DNA from: a virus
IMG/VR virus record: IMGVR_UViG_3300032307_000731
Location: 51,164 to 115,163 of that record
DNA length: 64,000 bases
Reading direction: 5' to 3' (one strand)
Of the stretch, positions 29,201-37,417 are shown in pieces. The position numbers and the translations under genes were made by a program. Each line of letters opens with the position of its first letter. The stretch's first letter is position 1. The notes under the pieces were generated by a model that worked only from the letters and a program-made list of their open reading frames with translations, did not search any database and was not told where the DNA came from.

Positions 29201-30895
29201 ATCTCTTATGCTCGTTCATTTGAAAAAATCAGTAATAGTAAAGCGGGTAAATTTAATGGGTGGAATAATAATTTGGCGTCAGTTTCATTAGATATTGACT
29301 ATGGGGCTACATCAACATCATTCTTAAAAACATATTCTTGTGTTAACGTTCAAACCAATCCATCGACTAATAGTTCATTACCGATGGCAAGTTTTTCAAC
29401 AATTGATACATATATTAATTTTATGAGAGATAGGTTAATTAATAATATAGATAGAGTTTTAGATGATGGTTTGGTAAAATACTATGTTTGTTATTACCCT
29501 AAAAAGAATGTTGCACCAACTTATTACGATACACATATTAATGAGTATAAAACTTTAAAAACTACAATGGAAAAGGCGTTAAATTCCGCTCTTAGTGTTA
29601 AGGTTGCGACTAAAGAAATTGTATCTGATTTATTAAACCAAATAAATGAAACCGATAATAATGGTAGTAGTCCGGGTGTTACACCGACACCTTCACCGAT
29701 TCCACCATTACCTGGCCAATCTTGTCCACCACCGGTTATATCATCGTTCTCACCATTATCAGGTAATACAGGAACGATAGTACAACTTAATGGTAGAAAC
29801 TTTAATGGTGTTAAATCGGTTAAAGTTAACGGAGTTGAGGTTGGAATGACAGGTATAACGGTGTTTAACGATTCAACGATGAGAATTATTACGCCTAAAT
29901 TCTTACCTGATAATGTGGTTAAGAAAGGGTTTATTGTTGTCACTACTGATTTCGGTACATTTACAACAATTGACCAATTTACCTATGACCCTGCATTACC
30001 AGCATCTGCAGCGGCATCACCGGGGGGTTATCAAAATCCTCAAAATCAAACTGCAAATACCCCTCAAACTGAGACTGTAAATACTAATCCTCAGACTGTG
30101 GGTAATATTACTATGATTGGTACCGCGGTTCAGTTAAACGCTAGTAAAACTCAATCATTAAATGTTAAGATAAATCCACAGGAAACTGGGTGGGTATTAT
30201 CACCTAATCCTGATATGAAATATGTAGTGTATGAATTAGAGGAAGTTAACGGTCAAGTAACTCGAAAATATATTTCACAAAGTGTGATAGGTGTTGGAGG
30301 ACAAGTAACAAATAATCAATTCAATGTTACCTTAAGTGATGTTGAATCTTATTTTATAACTAATATCCCTAAAATTGAAGGTAAAACACAGATTGATATT
30401 GTGTTTATTCTTAAAGCATATAAAGGACAAGAACAACCTGTGGTACAACAATTCCCGTTCAGAGTTTGGTATACATTACCAAATCAATCTCAGGTTCCTG
30501 TTGATAATATCCCAACTAGTCAAACATTACCAACATTCCCACCTCAAAAAATTGCTTTAATTAAAATAGGTGAGTCTACTGAGTTACAAGGAAGTGGTTG
30601 GAGTTATTATAATATTAAAAAACCAGATGGAGGATATATTACATATCAATTAACAACTGAAGAACCATTTGAAGAACGAAAAGCTATTAATAATAGAGTT
30701 TTAGATGCGGCGACTTATGATATTGTAAATTTTGGGGGTAGTGGAAGTGTTGCAACTCAATACACTAATTTAATCAATATTAATAAATTAGGAAGTTTTA
30801 GATTACAAGTACAATATAAACCATATGGTAATACATCTCCAATTGGTGGAGAAATTTTAACTCAAACCATATTAAGTGATGTTTTCACTTTATAA
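23201..30895 (+). CDS. Giant baseplate hub protein (gp27/VgrG-like motifs) with a C-terminal IPT/TIG domain
   Basis: 'CSVVCLGNALLQPTMYFNL..PMFNGPYMIQQVEHSIQPGQFQTSFQG' hub motif; 'PVISSFSPLSGNTGTIVQLNGRNF' IPT motif. Confidence 0.65.
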   Translation: MAGNLQADNSGDILVEFDYNNIIVVDPNKTIDSQGKIQERLVDHESLVMYANLEAEVLPRTKLAVGGSPEDRIRTISVAKMNFLKPTKDSFLGVGYYDELTGENSTKFKGANQMMEKAVDPKNGDTPYIISSPANLKDVFDNGLLGITQINVTTNSSFVPSVTMELEDVQGKALFQLGNNSPYAAFFNLPYPPFYLTLKGYYGQAIRYQLNLETFNARFNSFSGNYQVSLKFKGYKFNVLNEISMGHLLAVPHMYGQRFDISTTPGGTQESNKQAESQSNVEGRASQNNALSQDEVVTQIVSEKGYQKIIEVYSEYKSKGLIPANLPELTLFQLMTKLQTFENNIMASFPRAKVAPLTNIRSYKEVLKQYFDAVRGSNLSWFNKYLNPKPIVTNGNEKIYVFKELSREDKDYAITLLESYIKKFNNALSENATLGKNGESPIVNPIALKTIEIDPPTDESINWKETVRLQTGKVLPTIEDEQKVKELIYLTKIPAAAKTETNGKTSVDIVNTKFFIFEGNGRFDNQISLIEAQANKKLSEYEASISAELLRKIEDTDTGLGFKPTVRNMIAVVMASAEAFIRLMDDVHTNAWNVKYDPVRKQAILDNPSSAPSSETIQKVAITTEAQQSNQGLSNSEIPVYPWPLFFVETPEDTKGRFQLKYIADPSVVDLTQGYLYDKWPEVEFVEEYMIGLTQKFSQPSAPPPLDNQRDTNRININAIEFPSEGLPYVNKEEVKFFYEIWERQFLTSHYSNLIRANQNQIDSLIKLNSEAEVNNIVKGIGVSSPYLSLKLKNYDLNASNYQEFLKTISNSGTGRAYQDYIRDFFVTPYIRNLTENSYSILSVNDIGKLPQSSTKSDALQSLLLNASNEPLVIDTLPYTDPTWCLNNLSSSNKSVGNEVFNTKQTLKVFEPRKVIANFTDVYDFTTNRPVTNFSFYQNQNPTVFAILGLNGFYESRTPKTFVATEGYCDYTTPTNALPFRTTTSILNTPYFVNSIQNGVQNIRTSDPYPFVQSAYLFLNSLPLASLRERYKTLSNDITTDLDYISSCFNKFGAIHKLPYAWILKYGSVWHRYKKYKESNTDILDSAWKNFDYRTNYSPILSSITQTYDFKINDTPTSITLQQEDSNSVKMQIGFYPKVVNDFNVFYKGFELYDEYTNSEIQSSVNNGMKIYNFENSNITANRSNRTLNLFTYSVLLENKDFGTEVDCDPTNNTKGVEYFVVPSFGTFYNQTQIACVENLTTTNNAVVDFTFNPNIYNGSVRTLWSAPNYGYFDNSQIKYPQPDSYLNFINNGEEQSPMSLLNEDKYSKIEEMFSVFEKKILDSFEQEFLNFCKPITDISTIKETTSFYTSTVDDNNNFKNFQSVFRGLMSVPAKPAGVNEDEYFNNTITNQYNTFQGGIKDFMNYDVLFRYGNPSDYRRRLFNSYLSHNNTQKVVDPVKFRPYVQNTLPTNGGTLTVSQSKGLNPNAWLALETEVGFSTIRNVEYSSTGSYITDFFVNNNIEFTTDNVVLLAPIIKMYATQKLKNPTITVGQFQNQINQYLNNESVLQDNFLNLVLDGVRRQLPNQQQLPERAIRSAIDGEQSKVENYEVFKSLNDKWIAGGDYKTKTLFEDMLFLDRASRNIGDTIILNIFDIQGMFGVGGKDGDYSLNQAMSVYTFISGLLINNNFTVMNLPAYINFYNVQDVDGTVIPNKSEGSLGFANSMWGTFLDVDYRKSSPKMVCFYVGKPSQYLDLPKGNFRFRDDGFEMRRASENPLIENQQGKKDWALSNKCVGFNVDIGTRNQSIFYSFSVSQDNGTATSESINAQINMVDQASGKNVTTQNASLYNLYKQRSYKCSVVCLGNALLQPTMYFNLRHVPMFNGPYMIQQVEHSIQPGQFQTSFQGIRQGVYDLPAIDNFIQSINQNLLTKLESILKIKKDVINVLSASTDSSKSNNIQQSSNTTKAASNTCSSKVLPVYLNAGYNVVDATKTSPTEAEFAAALKRLIPNLPVLQTIIYCISYARSFEKISNSKAGKFNGWNNNLASVSLDIDYGATSTSFLKTYSCVNVQTNPSTNSSLPMASFSTIDTYINFMRDRLINNIDRVLDDGLVKYYVCYYPKKNVAPTYYDTHINEYKTLKTTMEKALNSALSVKVATKEIVSDLLNQINETDNNGSSPGVTPTPSPIPPLPGQSCPPPVISSFSPLSGNTGTIVQLNGRNFNGVKSVKVNGVEVGMTGITVFNDSTMRIITPKFLPDNVVKKGFIVVTTDFGTFTTIDQFTYDPALPASAAASPGGYQNPQNQTANTPQTETVNTNPQTVGNITMIGTAVQLNASKTQSLNVKINPQETGWVLSPNPDMKYVVYELEEVNGQVTRKYISQSVIGVGGQVTNNQFNVTLSDVESYFITNIPKIEGKTQIDIVFILKAYKGQEQPVVQQFPFRVWYTLPNQSQVPVDNIPTSQTLPTFPPQKIALIKIGESTELQGSGWSYYNIKKPDGGYITYQLTTEEPFEERKAINNRVLDAATYDIVNFGGSGSVATQYTNLININKLGSFRLQVQYKPYGNTSPIGGEILTQTILSDVFTL

Positions 30896-30927
30896 CATAA
30901 CGATATATTTATAATAAAAACAATTTT

Positions 30928-31152
30928 ATGAACATAAAATCAGCATTAGATAATTATCTTGGGAAATCTACAAGAATTTCTCAAACAGATAATGGAGACG
31001 GAACACAACAGGTTTGTGATTTAGATACCGGAGATTGTTATACAATCAGAGAAAGAGATGGTCTTATTGAACGAGCAGGACACCAAACAACTATTAATAG
31101 AAAAGTTAGAGTTGAAACAGCTGGTGGAATTAAACAATTATTAAACGGATAA
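30928..31152 (+). CDS. Small hypothetical protein
   Basis: 74-aa ORF preceded by TATTTAT; contains C-x6-C. Confidence 0.65.
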   Translation: MNIKSALDNYLGKSTRISQTDNGDGTQQVCDLDTGDCYTIRERDGLIERAGHQTTINRKVRVETAGGIKQLLNG

Positions 31153-31157
31153 TCGAA

Positions 31158-31847
31158 ATGGGTTTAGACAAAAAATTAATACAAGAGATTACAAGATACC
31201 ATAGTATTAATAACTATATTATGGAACAGGAGGCTACCGATGATTTAGCCGCGTTAACAACACCGGCACCTGAAGGGGAGACGCCAGCGGCACCTGCACC
31301 GGCACCATCTGAAGCAATACCACCTGCGGCACCGGGAGATGCGGCCACTACACCACAACCAATTGATGTTGAGACAGACCCTGATGTTGAGAAAATTGAC
31401 GATGAAGGAGAATCTGAAGAAACAACTGATGAAAGTGAAGATAGTGAAGAACTTGAAATTACTGATTTAGTTAATTCTCAAAAAAATATTGAAACAAAAC
31501 AAGATGAATATTTTGAAAACCTATTCAATCAATTATCCAACTTAGAATCTAAATTAGGTGAGATGGATAATGTAATGAACAAATTAAATTCACTTGAAAA
31601 TAAGATTGAAAAATATCGAGAAAAAACTCCTGAAGAAAAACTTGAATTAAGAAGTTATGATTCATATCCATTTAATCAAAAATTATCTCAATTTTTTGAT
31701 GACAAACAAGAAGAGATGGAAAAAACCGGAAAAAATGATTATGTTTTAACCTCAGACGAAGTTGAAGATATAAATGTGAATGATATAAAAAATTCATTCC
31801 AACCTGGTTCTCAAGAAGATGAATATAAAACATCATTCAAACGATAA
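31158..31847 (+). CDS. Acidic Pro/Ala-rich coiled-coil protein (possible scaffold or internal head protein)
   Basis: PAPAP linker, acidic tract, heptad 'LSNLESKLGEMDNVMNKLNSLENKIEK'; LIQE/IMEQ leader. Confidence 0.55.
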   Translation: MGLDKKLIQEITRYHSINNYIMEQEATDDLAALTTPAPEGETPAAPAPAPSEAIPPAAPGDAATTPQPIDVETDPDVEKIDDEGESEETTDESEDSEELEITDLVNSQKNIETKQDEYFENLFNQLSNLESKLGEMDNVMNKLNSLENKIEKYREKTPEEKLELRSYDSYPFNQKLSQFFDDKQEEMEKTGKNDYVLTSDEVEDINVNDIKNSFQPGSQEDEYKTSFKR

Positions 31848-31857
31848 TTAAAAAATC

Positions 31858-31884
31858 AAAGGTGTCTTAACGGACACCTTTTTT
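31858..31884 (+). terminator. Intrinsic terminator ending the structural unit
   Basis: AAAGGTGTC-TTAACG-GACACCTTT followed by T run. Confidence 0.8.
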
Positions 31885-31886
31885 AT

Positions 31887-31915
31887 TTGACTTCATACAA
31901 TTTATCAATTATATT
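31887..31915 (+). promoter_or_regulatory. Host-type promoter of the replication cassette
   Basis: TTGACT-N17-TATATT; also a near fit to the Bacteroidota TTTG-N20-TAnnTTT(G) layout. Confidence 0.7.
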
Positions 31916-31950
31916 TTTATAACAATACTTAACAATTTAAATTTAAACAC

Positions 31951-32802
31951 ATGAGTTCATTAGACGCCGTATTGGCACAGTACGAAAATTCAAAACAATC
32001 AGGGGGCGGGGCCCAAGGGAAAATGTCGCAAGACGAAAGAATGAAAAAATATTTTGCACTTATCTTAGGGGATAAGGAGCAATCTGGACAAAGAAGAGTT
32101 AGAATCTTACCTACGAGTGATGGTTCTTCACCATTTAAAGAGGCTTGGTATCATGAGATTCAAGTTGGAGGACAATGGCAAAAATTCTACGACCCGGGAA
32201 AAAACGATAACGAACGTTCACCTTTAAACGAGGTTTACGAAGAGTTAATCTCAACCGGAAAAGAATCAGACAAACAATTAGCGGCTCAGTATCGTTCTCG
32301 TAAATTCTATATCGTAAAAGTTATCGATAGAGATAGAGAAGAAGACGGACCAAAATTTTGGAGATTCAAACACAACTACAAAAATGATGGTATCTTAGAT
32401 AAAATCATTCCAATTTGGAGAAATAAAGGTGATATCACGGACCCACAAAATGGTAGAGATTTAATCATCGAGTTGACTAAAGCGAAAACTCCAAAAGGAA
32501 AAGAATATACAACCGTATCTACAATTATGTATGAAGACCAAGGTCCTGTACATACTGACCAAGCACAAGCGGATGCTTGGATTACTGACGAATTAACTTG
32601 GTTAGATGTTTATTCTAAAAAACCTGTTGAATATCTTGAAGCTATTGCTCGTGGAGAAACTCCAAGATGGGATTCAGAAAAAGGTGGATATCTTTACGAA
32701 AGTGATTCAGTTGGTACAGAATCATTCGGGGGTGGAAAGTCAAATGACATTCCTTTAGACCCACAAATGAATGATATTCCTGACGAAGATTTACCTTTCT
32801 AA
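31951..32802 (+). CDS. Single-stranded DNA-binding protein (T4 gp32-like)
   Basis: 'RVRILP...PF..WYH', 'FYIVKVIDRD', 'DITDPQNGRDLII'; acidic tail DEDLPF. Confidence 0.8.
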   Translation: MSSLDAVLAQYENSKQSGGGAQGKMSQDERMKKYFALILGDKEQSGQRRVRILPTSDGSSPFKEAWYHEIQVGGQWQKFYDPGKNDNERSPLNEVYEELISTGKESDKQLAAQYRSRKFYIVKVIDRDREEDGPKFWRFKHNYKNDGILDKIIPIWRNKGDITDPQNGRDLIIELTKAKTPKGKEYTTVSTIMYEDQGPVHTDQAQADAWITDELTWLDVYSKKPVEYLEAIARGETPRWDSEKGGYLYESDSVGTESFGGGKSNDIPLDPQMNDIPDEDLPF

Positions 32803-32814
32803 AATAAAATAATC

Positions 32815-32853
32815 AAACTTGGACATTTAGTTAGACACTTTGTCCAAGTTTTT
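32815..32853 (+). terminator. Hairpin/attenuator between the SSB and recombinase genes
   Basis: AAACTTGGACA-N15-TGTCCAAGTTT plus T run. Confidence 0.55.
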
Positions 32854-32866
32854 ATAATAATATTAT

Positions 32867-33868
32867 ATGGCAATTAAAAAAAATGATTTTAAGTCGATTA
32901 AAGATAAATTCTCAGTATCGGCAAAATACAAACCACAAAGATTTTTTGACTTAGGCCCGGACTTCTTAGATGCGGTTGGATTACCAGGTCCTGCAATTGG
33001 ACATATTAATATGTTCTTAGGTCACTCGGATACGGGTAAAACAACGGCTCTTGTGAAAACTGCTGTGGATGCACAAAAGAAAGGAATTCTTCCTGTGTTC
33101 ATTATTACTGAACAAAAATGGTCATTTGAACACGCTAAGTTAATGGGGTTTGAATGTGAGGAAGTTGTTGATGAGGAAACAGGTGAATTGGATTGGGATG
33201 GTTTTTACATCTTCAACAATAACTTTGATTACATCGAACAAATTACTGACTATATCAATAACTTACTTGATGAGCAAGAAAAAGGAAACTTAGACTATAG
33301 TTTATGTTTTATGTGGGATTCAGTAGGTTCTGTACCTTGTAAAATGACTTATGAAGGTAAAGGAGGTAAACAACACAACGCATCTACATTAGCGGATAAG
33401 ATTGGTATGGGTATCAACCAAAGAATCTCGGGTTCTCGTAAGTCTGACTCAAAATATGAAAACACTTTAATCATTGTTAATCAACCATGGGTTGAATTAC
33501 CGGACAATCCGTTTGGACAACCTAAGATTAAAGCTAAAGGTGGTGAGGCGATTTGGTTAAACTCATCATTAGTTTATTTATTTGGAAATCAAAAAGGAGC
33601 AGGGACTACTAAGATTACCGCAACCAAAGACAAAAGAACTATTAAGTTTGCTTCAAGAACAAAAGTGTCGGTTATGAAAAACCACATCAATGGATTGGGT
33701 TATGATGATGGTAAAATTATTGTCACACCTCACGGATTCATTGCGGGTAAAGATTCAACGGAAGAAAAAGCATCGTTGGAAAAATACAAAAAAGAATATG
33801 CAGACTATTGGAAAGATATCATCGGAACTGAAGGTGATTTTGACCTAAAAGAAGAAAAAGAAGCTTAG
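32867..33868 (+). CDS. uvsX: RecA/UvsX-like recombinase
   Basis: Walker A GHSDTGKTT, Walker B WDSVGS, IVNQ, KGGEA, KNH. Confidence 0.88.
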   Translation: MAIKKNDFKSIKDKFSVSAKYKPQRFFDLGPDFLDAVGLPGPAIGHINMFLGHSDTGKTTALVKTAVDAQKKGILPVFIITEQKWSFEHAKLMGFECEEVVDEETGELDWDGFYIFNNNFDYIEQITDYINNLLDEQEKGNLDYSLCFMWDSVGSVPCKMTYEGKGGKQHNASTLADKIGMGINQRISGSRKSDSKYENTLIIVNQPWVELPDNPFGQPKIKAKGGEAIWLNSSLVYLFGNQKGAGTTKITATKDKRTIKFASRTKVSVMKNHINGLGYDDGKIIVTPHGFIAGKDSTEEKASLEKYKKEYADYWKDIIGTEGDFDLKEEKEA

Positions 33869-33892
33869 TTTATTCACCATTAAATCACCATT

Positions 33893-34894
33893 GTGATTAA
33901 GACATTATTAATTGACGGGTCCAACTTAATGAAAATTGGATTCCACGGAGTAAAAGACCTATACAATGACGGAAGTCACTTAGGTGCTATTTACCACTTT
34001 ATAAATACAATTCGGAAATTCCTTGAGGAACATAACTACGATAAGGTAGTTGTGTTCTGGGATGCCGAACATAGTTCATCCACTCGGAAAGAACTTTATC
34101 CACAGTATAAGGGAAATAGAAAACAAGATATGAATGAGTTTAAGTACGAATCATATCTACAACAAAACGCTCGTATTAAAGAATATCTTGAAGAAGTCTT
34201 TGTTAGACAAGTTGAGATGGTTTATAACGAGGCGGATGACTTGATTGCTTATTATTGTCTAAGAGCGACTAATGAAGAGATTACCATTTTTTCGTCAGAT
34301 AAGGACCTTACACAACTTATTTCGGACCGGGTGACCATCTACTCTCCAAACTTAAAACAATACTTTAAACAGGGTGATATGATTACCATCAATAAAGTTC
34401 AGATACCACATTATAATGTATTACTTTGTAAGATTCTTACCGGTGATAGTTCGGATAATATTAGTGGAATTGAAGGTTTAGGTGAAAAAACTTTAGTTAA
34501 ATTATTCCCTGATATGCTGGTTAAACCATGCACTATCAACGAAATAAGAGTTAATGCGGGGATTATCATGCAAGAAAAGAAATCAAAAGTATTGGAAAAT
34601 ATTTTGACTGGTAAGACAAAAAATGGTATAATTGGTGAAGAGTTTTATACTACAAACGAAAAAATAGTTAATTTATCTAACCCTTTAATTACAGACGATG
34701 GAAAAGAATTAGTTGACCAAATTATCACAGACACTATTGACCCGACAGATAGGGGATATAAAAATTTAATGAGACTTATGATGGAAGATGGTCTCTTCAA
34801 ATATCTTCCAAAAAACGATGAAGCTTGGGTAAATTTCCTAAGACCATTCATGAAATTAACAAGAAAAGAAAAACGTAAAACAAACAAAAATTAA
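33893..34894 (+). CDS. 5'-3' exonuclease / flap endonuclease (T4 RNase H, PolA N-term-like)
   Basis: LLIDGS, RKELYPQYKGNR, EADDLI, SSDKDLTQL, GDSSDNISGIEGLGEKT; GTG start. Confidence 0.92.
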   Translation: MIKTLLIDGSNLMKIGFHGVKDLYNDGSHLGAIYHFINTIRKFLEEHNYDKVVVFWDAEHSSSTRKELYPQYKGNRKQDMNEFKYESYLQQNARIKEYLEEVFVRQVEMVYNEADDLIAYYCLRATNEEITIFSSDKDLTQLISDRVTIYSPNLKQYFKQGDMITINKVQIPHYNVLLCKILTGDSSDNISGIEGLGEKTLVKLFPDMLVKPCTINEIRVNAGIIMQEKKSKVLENILTGKTKNGIIGEEFYTTNEKIVNLSNPLITDDGKELVDQIITDTIDPTDRGYKNLMRLMMEDGLFKYLPKNDEAWVNFLRPFMKLTRKEKRKTNKN

Positions 34895-34898
34895 ATTT

Positions 34899-35351
34899 AT
34901 GAGAGAACAAGAAAGTACTAAGATGGAATTTTTATTGACATTAAACGATAACATCGTAGTCCAAAGATTCTTTAACGTAAGAGGTTTTAACTCAAAGGCG
35001 AAAAATTCGGTTGAGTTATATGAGTTTATTTCAGACTTCAAAGAAGAACTTCAAGAATACTTGAAAATGAAAACTTTAGTGTATATGATGGACAACAAAG
35101 AGTCAATTACACACGACCCAACCATTATGGACACATCGTTTACCGATGGACCTGAAGTGTTTAACATTTTTATCAAATTAGGTGAACAGACAATTTGTCA
35201 TAGAATTTTTGACGGAAAATTTTATCCACCAAAAGTTCGTTATACCGTCGATGTGAGACCTTTCTTAAAGGAAACTCTTCGAGGATTGACTGACATTTTT
35301 TCAGATAAAAAATTAAGTTACAATTATTTGGAACTTGACTTGAGTAAGTAA
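34899..35351 (+). CDS. Hypothetical protein in the replication cassette
   Basis: 150-aa ORF tightly packed between exonuclease and helicase. Confidence 0.7.
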   Translation: MREQESTKMEFLLTLNDNIVVQRFFNVRGFNSKAKNSVELYEFISDFKEELQEYLKMKTLVYMMDNKESITHDPTIMDTSFTDGPEVFNIFIKLGEQTICHRIFDGKFYPPKVRYTVDVRPFLKETLRGLTDIFSDKKLSYNYLELDLSK

Positions 35352-35388
35352 GTATTTAATAATACAAGGGTAACTTTTAAAACAATTT

Positions 35389-36771
35389 ATGAACAAAAAT
35401 TTCGATTATTTAGGGAACACATTTCAATTACAATTACTGAATCAGATTATATTAGATAAGGACTTTTCATCTTCAATTATGGATGTTATTGAGCCAATCT
35501 ATTTCGACAACAAGTACTTTAAAATCATTTTACAAATGACAAAAGAGTATCACAAGAAATATGAATCTACTCCTAATTTCGATACTCTTGAGCAGATAGT
35601 TAAGTCTGAAATCTCCCAAGAGATGGTTGCCAAGATTGTTTTGGACACATTAACACAAGTAAAGGAGGCACCATTTGAAGGTACTACTTTCGTTCAGGAG
35701 AAGGCCTTAAAGTTCTGTAAACAACAAGAACTTCAAAAGGCGATGGACAAAGCTCAAAAGATTATCACTCAAGGTGATTTCGAGTCTTATGATAAGGTTG
35801 AAGGACTCGTGAGAGACGCATTACAGGTTGGGGAGATAGATAAAGGTCAAACAGATATCTTCGCTAATTTAGACACTGTACTTGATGAGGATTATCGTCA
35901 CCCAATTCCAATGGGGATTAAAGGTATTGATAAACTACTTAAAGGTGGATTGGCTAAAGGTGAGATTGGAGTTATATTAGCGCCAACAGGTGTTGGTAAG
36001 ACAACTATCTTATCTAAAATTTCAAACACCGCATTTAATCTTGGGTATAACGTACTTCAAATATTTTTTGAAGACAACCCAAAAATTATACAAAGGAAAC
36101 ACTTCACAATGTGGACAGGAATTGAACCGGATAATTTGGTTCAACACAAAGACGAAGTGATGAGTAAAATTACTGAAATTAAGGAGACAATGCAAAACAG
36201 ATTAGTTTTGAAAAAATTGGCGTCAGATACGATGACTATGAGTCAAATTAAAAATCAGGTTAGAAAAATGATTGCGGATGGAATTAAGATTGATATGGTT
36301 TTATTAGATTATATTGATTGTGTATTACCGGAATCAAGTAGTAAAGATGAGTGGAAAGCGGAAGGTTCTGTGATGAGAGGTTTTGAGGCGATGTGTCACG
36401 AACTTGATTTAGTTGGGTGGACTGCAACACAAGGTAACAGGTCTTCAATTTCGTCAGAGGTTGTAACTACAGACCAAATGGGAGGTTCAATTAAAAAGGC
36501 ACAAGTTGGTCACGTAATCATTTCCGTGGCTAAGACATTACAACAAAAAGAAATGGGTCTTGCGACTATTGCGATTACTAAAAGTCGTTTAGGTCAAGAT
36601 GGTGTTGTTTTTGAGAATTGTAAATTCAATAATGAATTACTTGAGATTGATACTGAAAGTTCAGTAACATTCTTAGGATTCGAAGAACAACAAGAAGATA
36701 GAAAAAGAGATAGAGTTAAAGAACTCTTGGAGAAAAGAAAACAGAGAGAACAGAGTCAACAACAAAATTAA
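35389..36771 (+). CDS. dnaB: Replicative DNA helicase (DnaB / T4 gp41-like)
   Basis: GGLAKGE, APTGVGKTT, LDYID, TATQGNR, KSRLG. Confidence 0.9.
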   Translation: MNKNFDYLGNTFQLQLLNQIILDKDFSSSIMDVIEPIYFDNKYFKIILQMTKEYHKKYESTPNFDTLEQIVKSEISQEMVAKIVLDTLTQVKEAPFEGTTFVQEKALKFCKQQELQKAMDKAQKIITQGDFESYDKVEGLVRDALQVGEIDKGQTDIFANLDTVLDEDYRHPIPMGIKGIDKLLKGGLAKGEIGVILAPTGVGKTTILSKISNTAFNLGYNVLQIFFEDNPKIIQRKHFTMWTGIEPDNLVQHKDEVMSKITEIKETMQNRLVLKKLASDTMTMSQIKNQVRKMIADGIKIDMVLLDYIDCVLPESSSKDEWKAEGSVMRGFEAMCHELDLVGWTATQGNRSSISSEVVTTDQMGGSIKKAQVGHVIISVAKTLQQKEMGLATIAITKSRLGQDGVVFENCKFNNELLEIDTESSVTFLGFEEQQEDRKRDRVKELLEKRKQREQSQQQN

Positions 36772-36774
36772 AAT

Positions 36775-37413
36775 ATGAAAATTAATAAAGAGAAATTACA
36801 AATAGAATTTAAAGATTCTGAAACTATTAATGAAAATTATAGTCAATCCGCTCAGGACATTTTTGTTCTAATGTGTTTGGATGGTAAGAAAAATGGTACA
36901 TTTTTGGATTTAGGTTGTCATCATCCTATAAATATAAATAACACATATCTATTAGAGACCCATTATAATTGGAATGGGGTTTCAATAGATATTGATAAAA
37001 CGATGACTGATTTATTTGGAATTAGAAAAACCACATCACTAACTGAAGATTGTACAAAATTAGATTTTAAGAAAATTTTAAACTTATATGATAGTAAACA
37101 TATTGATTACTTATCTTTAGATTTAGAGCCGGCATCAATAACATTAGATTGTTTGAAAACAATACCTTTTAATGATATTGAATTTAGTGTTATTACTTTT
37201 GAACACGATGTATATCGATTTGGAGATGATTGTCGAACTAAATCAAGGGAATTACTTGAAGGATATGGGTATAAAAGAATTTGTTCTGATGTTAGTAATG
37301 GATATAACATATATGAAGATTGGTATTATAATCCCAAATATGTTAGTTATGATAGAATAAAAATTATTGAATCCGAAGGTAAAGAATGGTCGGATATTTT
37401 ATTAAAAAATTAA
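36775..37413 (+). CDS. FkbM-family SAM-dependent methyltransferase
   Basis: [15 protein letters not shown]...[36 protein letters not shown]. Confidence 0.8.
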   Translation: MKINKEKLQIEFKDSETINENYSQSAQDIFVLMCLDGKKNGTFLDLGCHHPININNTYLLETHYNWNGVSIDIDKTMTDLFGIRKTTSLTEDCTKLDFKKILNLYDSKHIDYLSLDLEPASITLDCLKTIPFNDIEFSVITFEHDVYRFGDDCRTKSRELLEGYGYKRICSDVSNGYNIYEDWYYNPKYVSYDRIKIIESEGKEWSDILLKN

Positions 37414-37417
37414 AAAT

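Noticed and set aside
15064-35359. TATTTAA variants at 15064 and 35353 as late promoters
   Set aside because: One mismatch in AT-rich DNA; the first overlaps a terminator stem and the second precedes a replication gene, so neither was counted.
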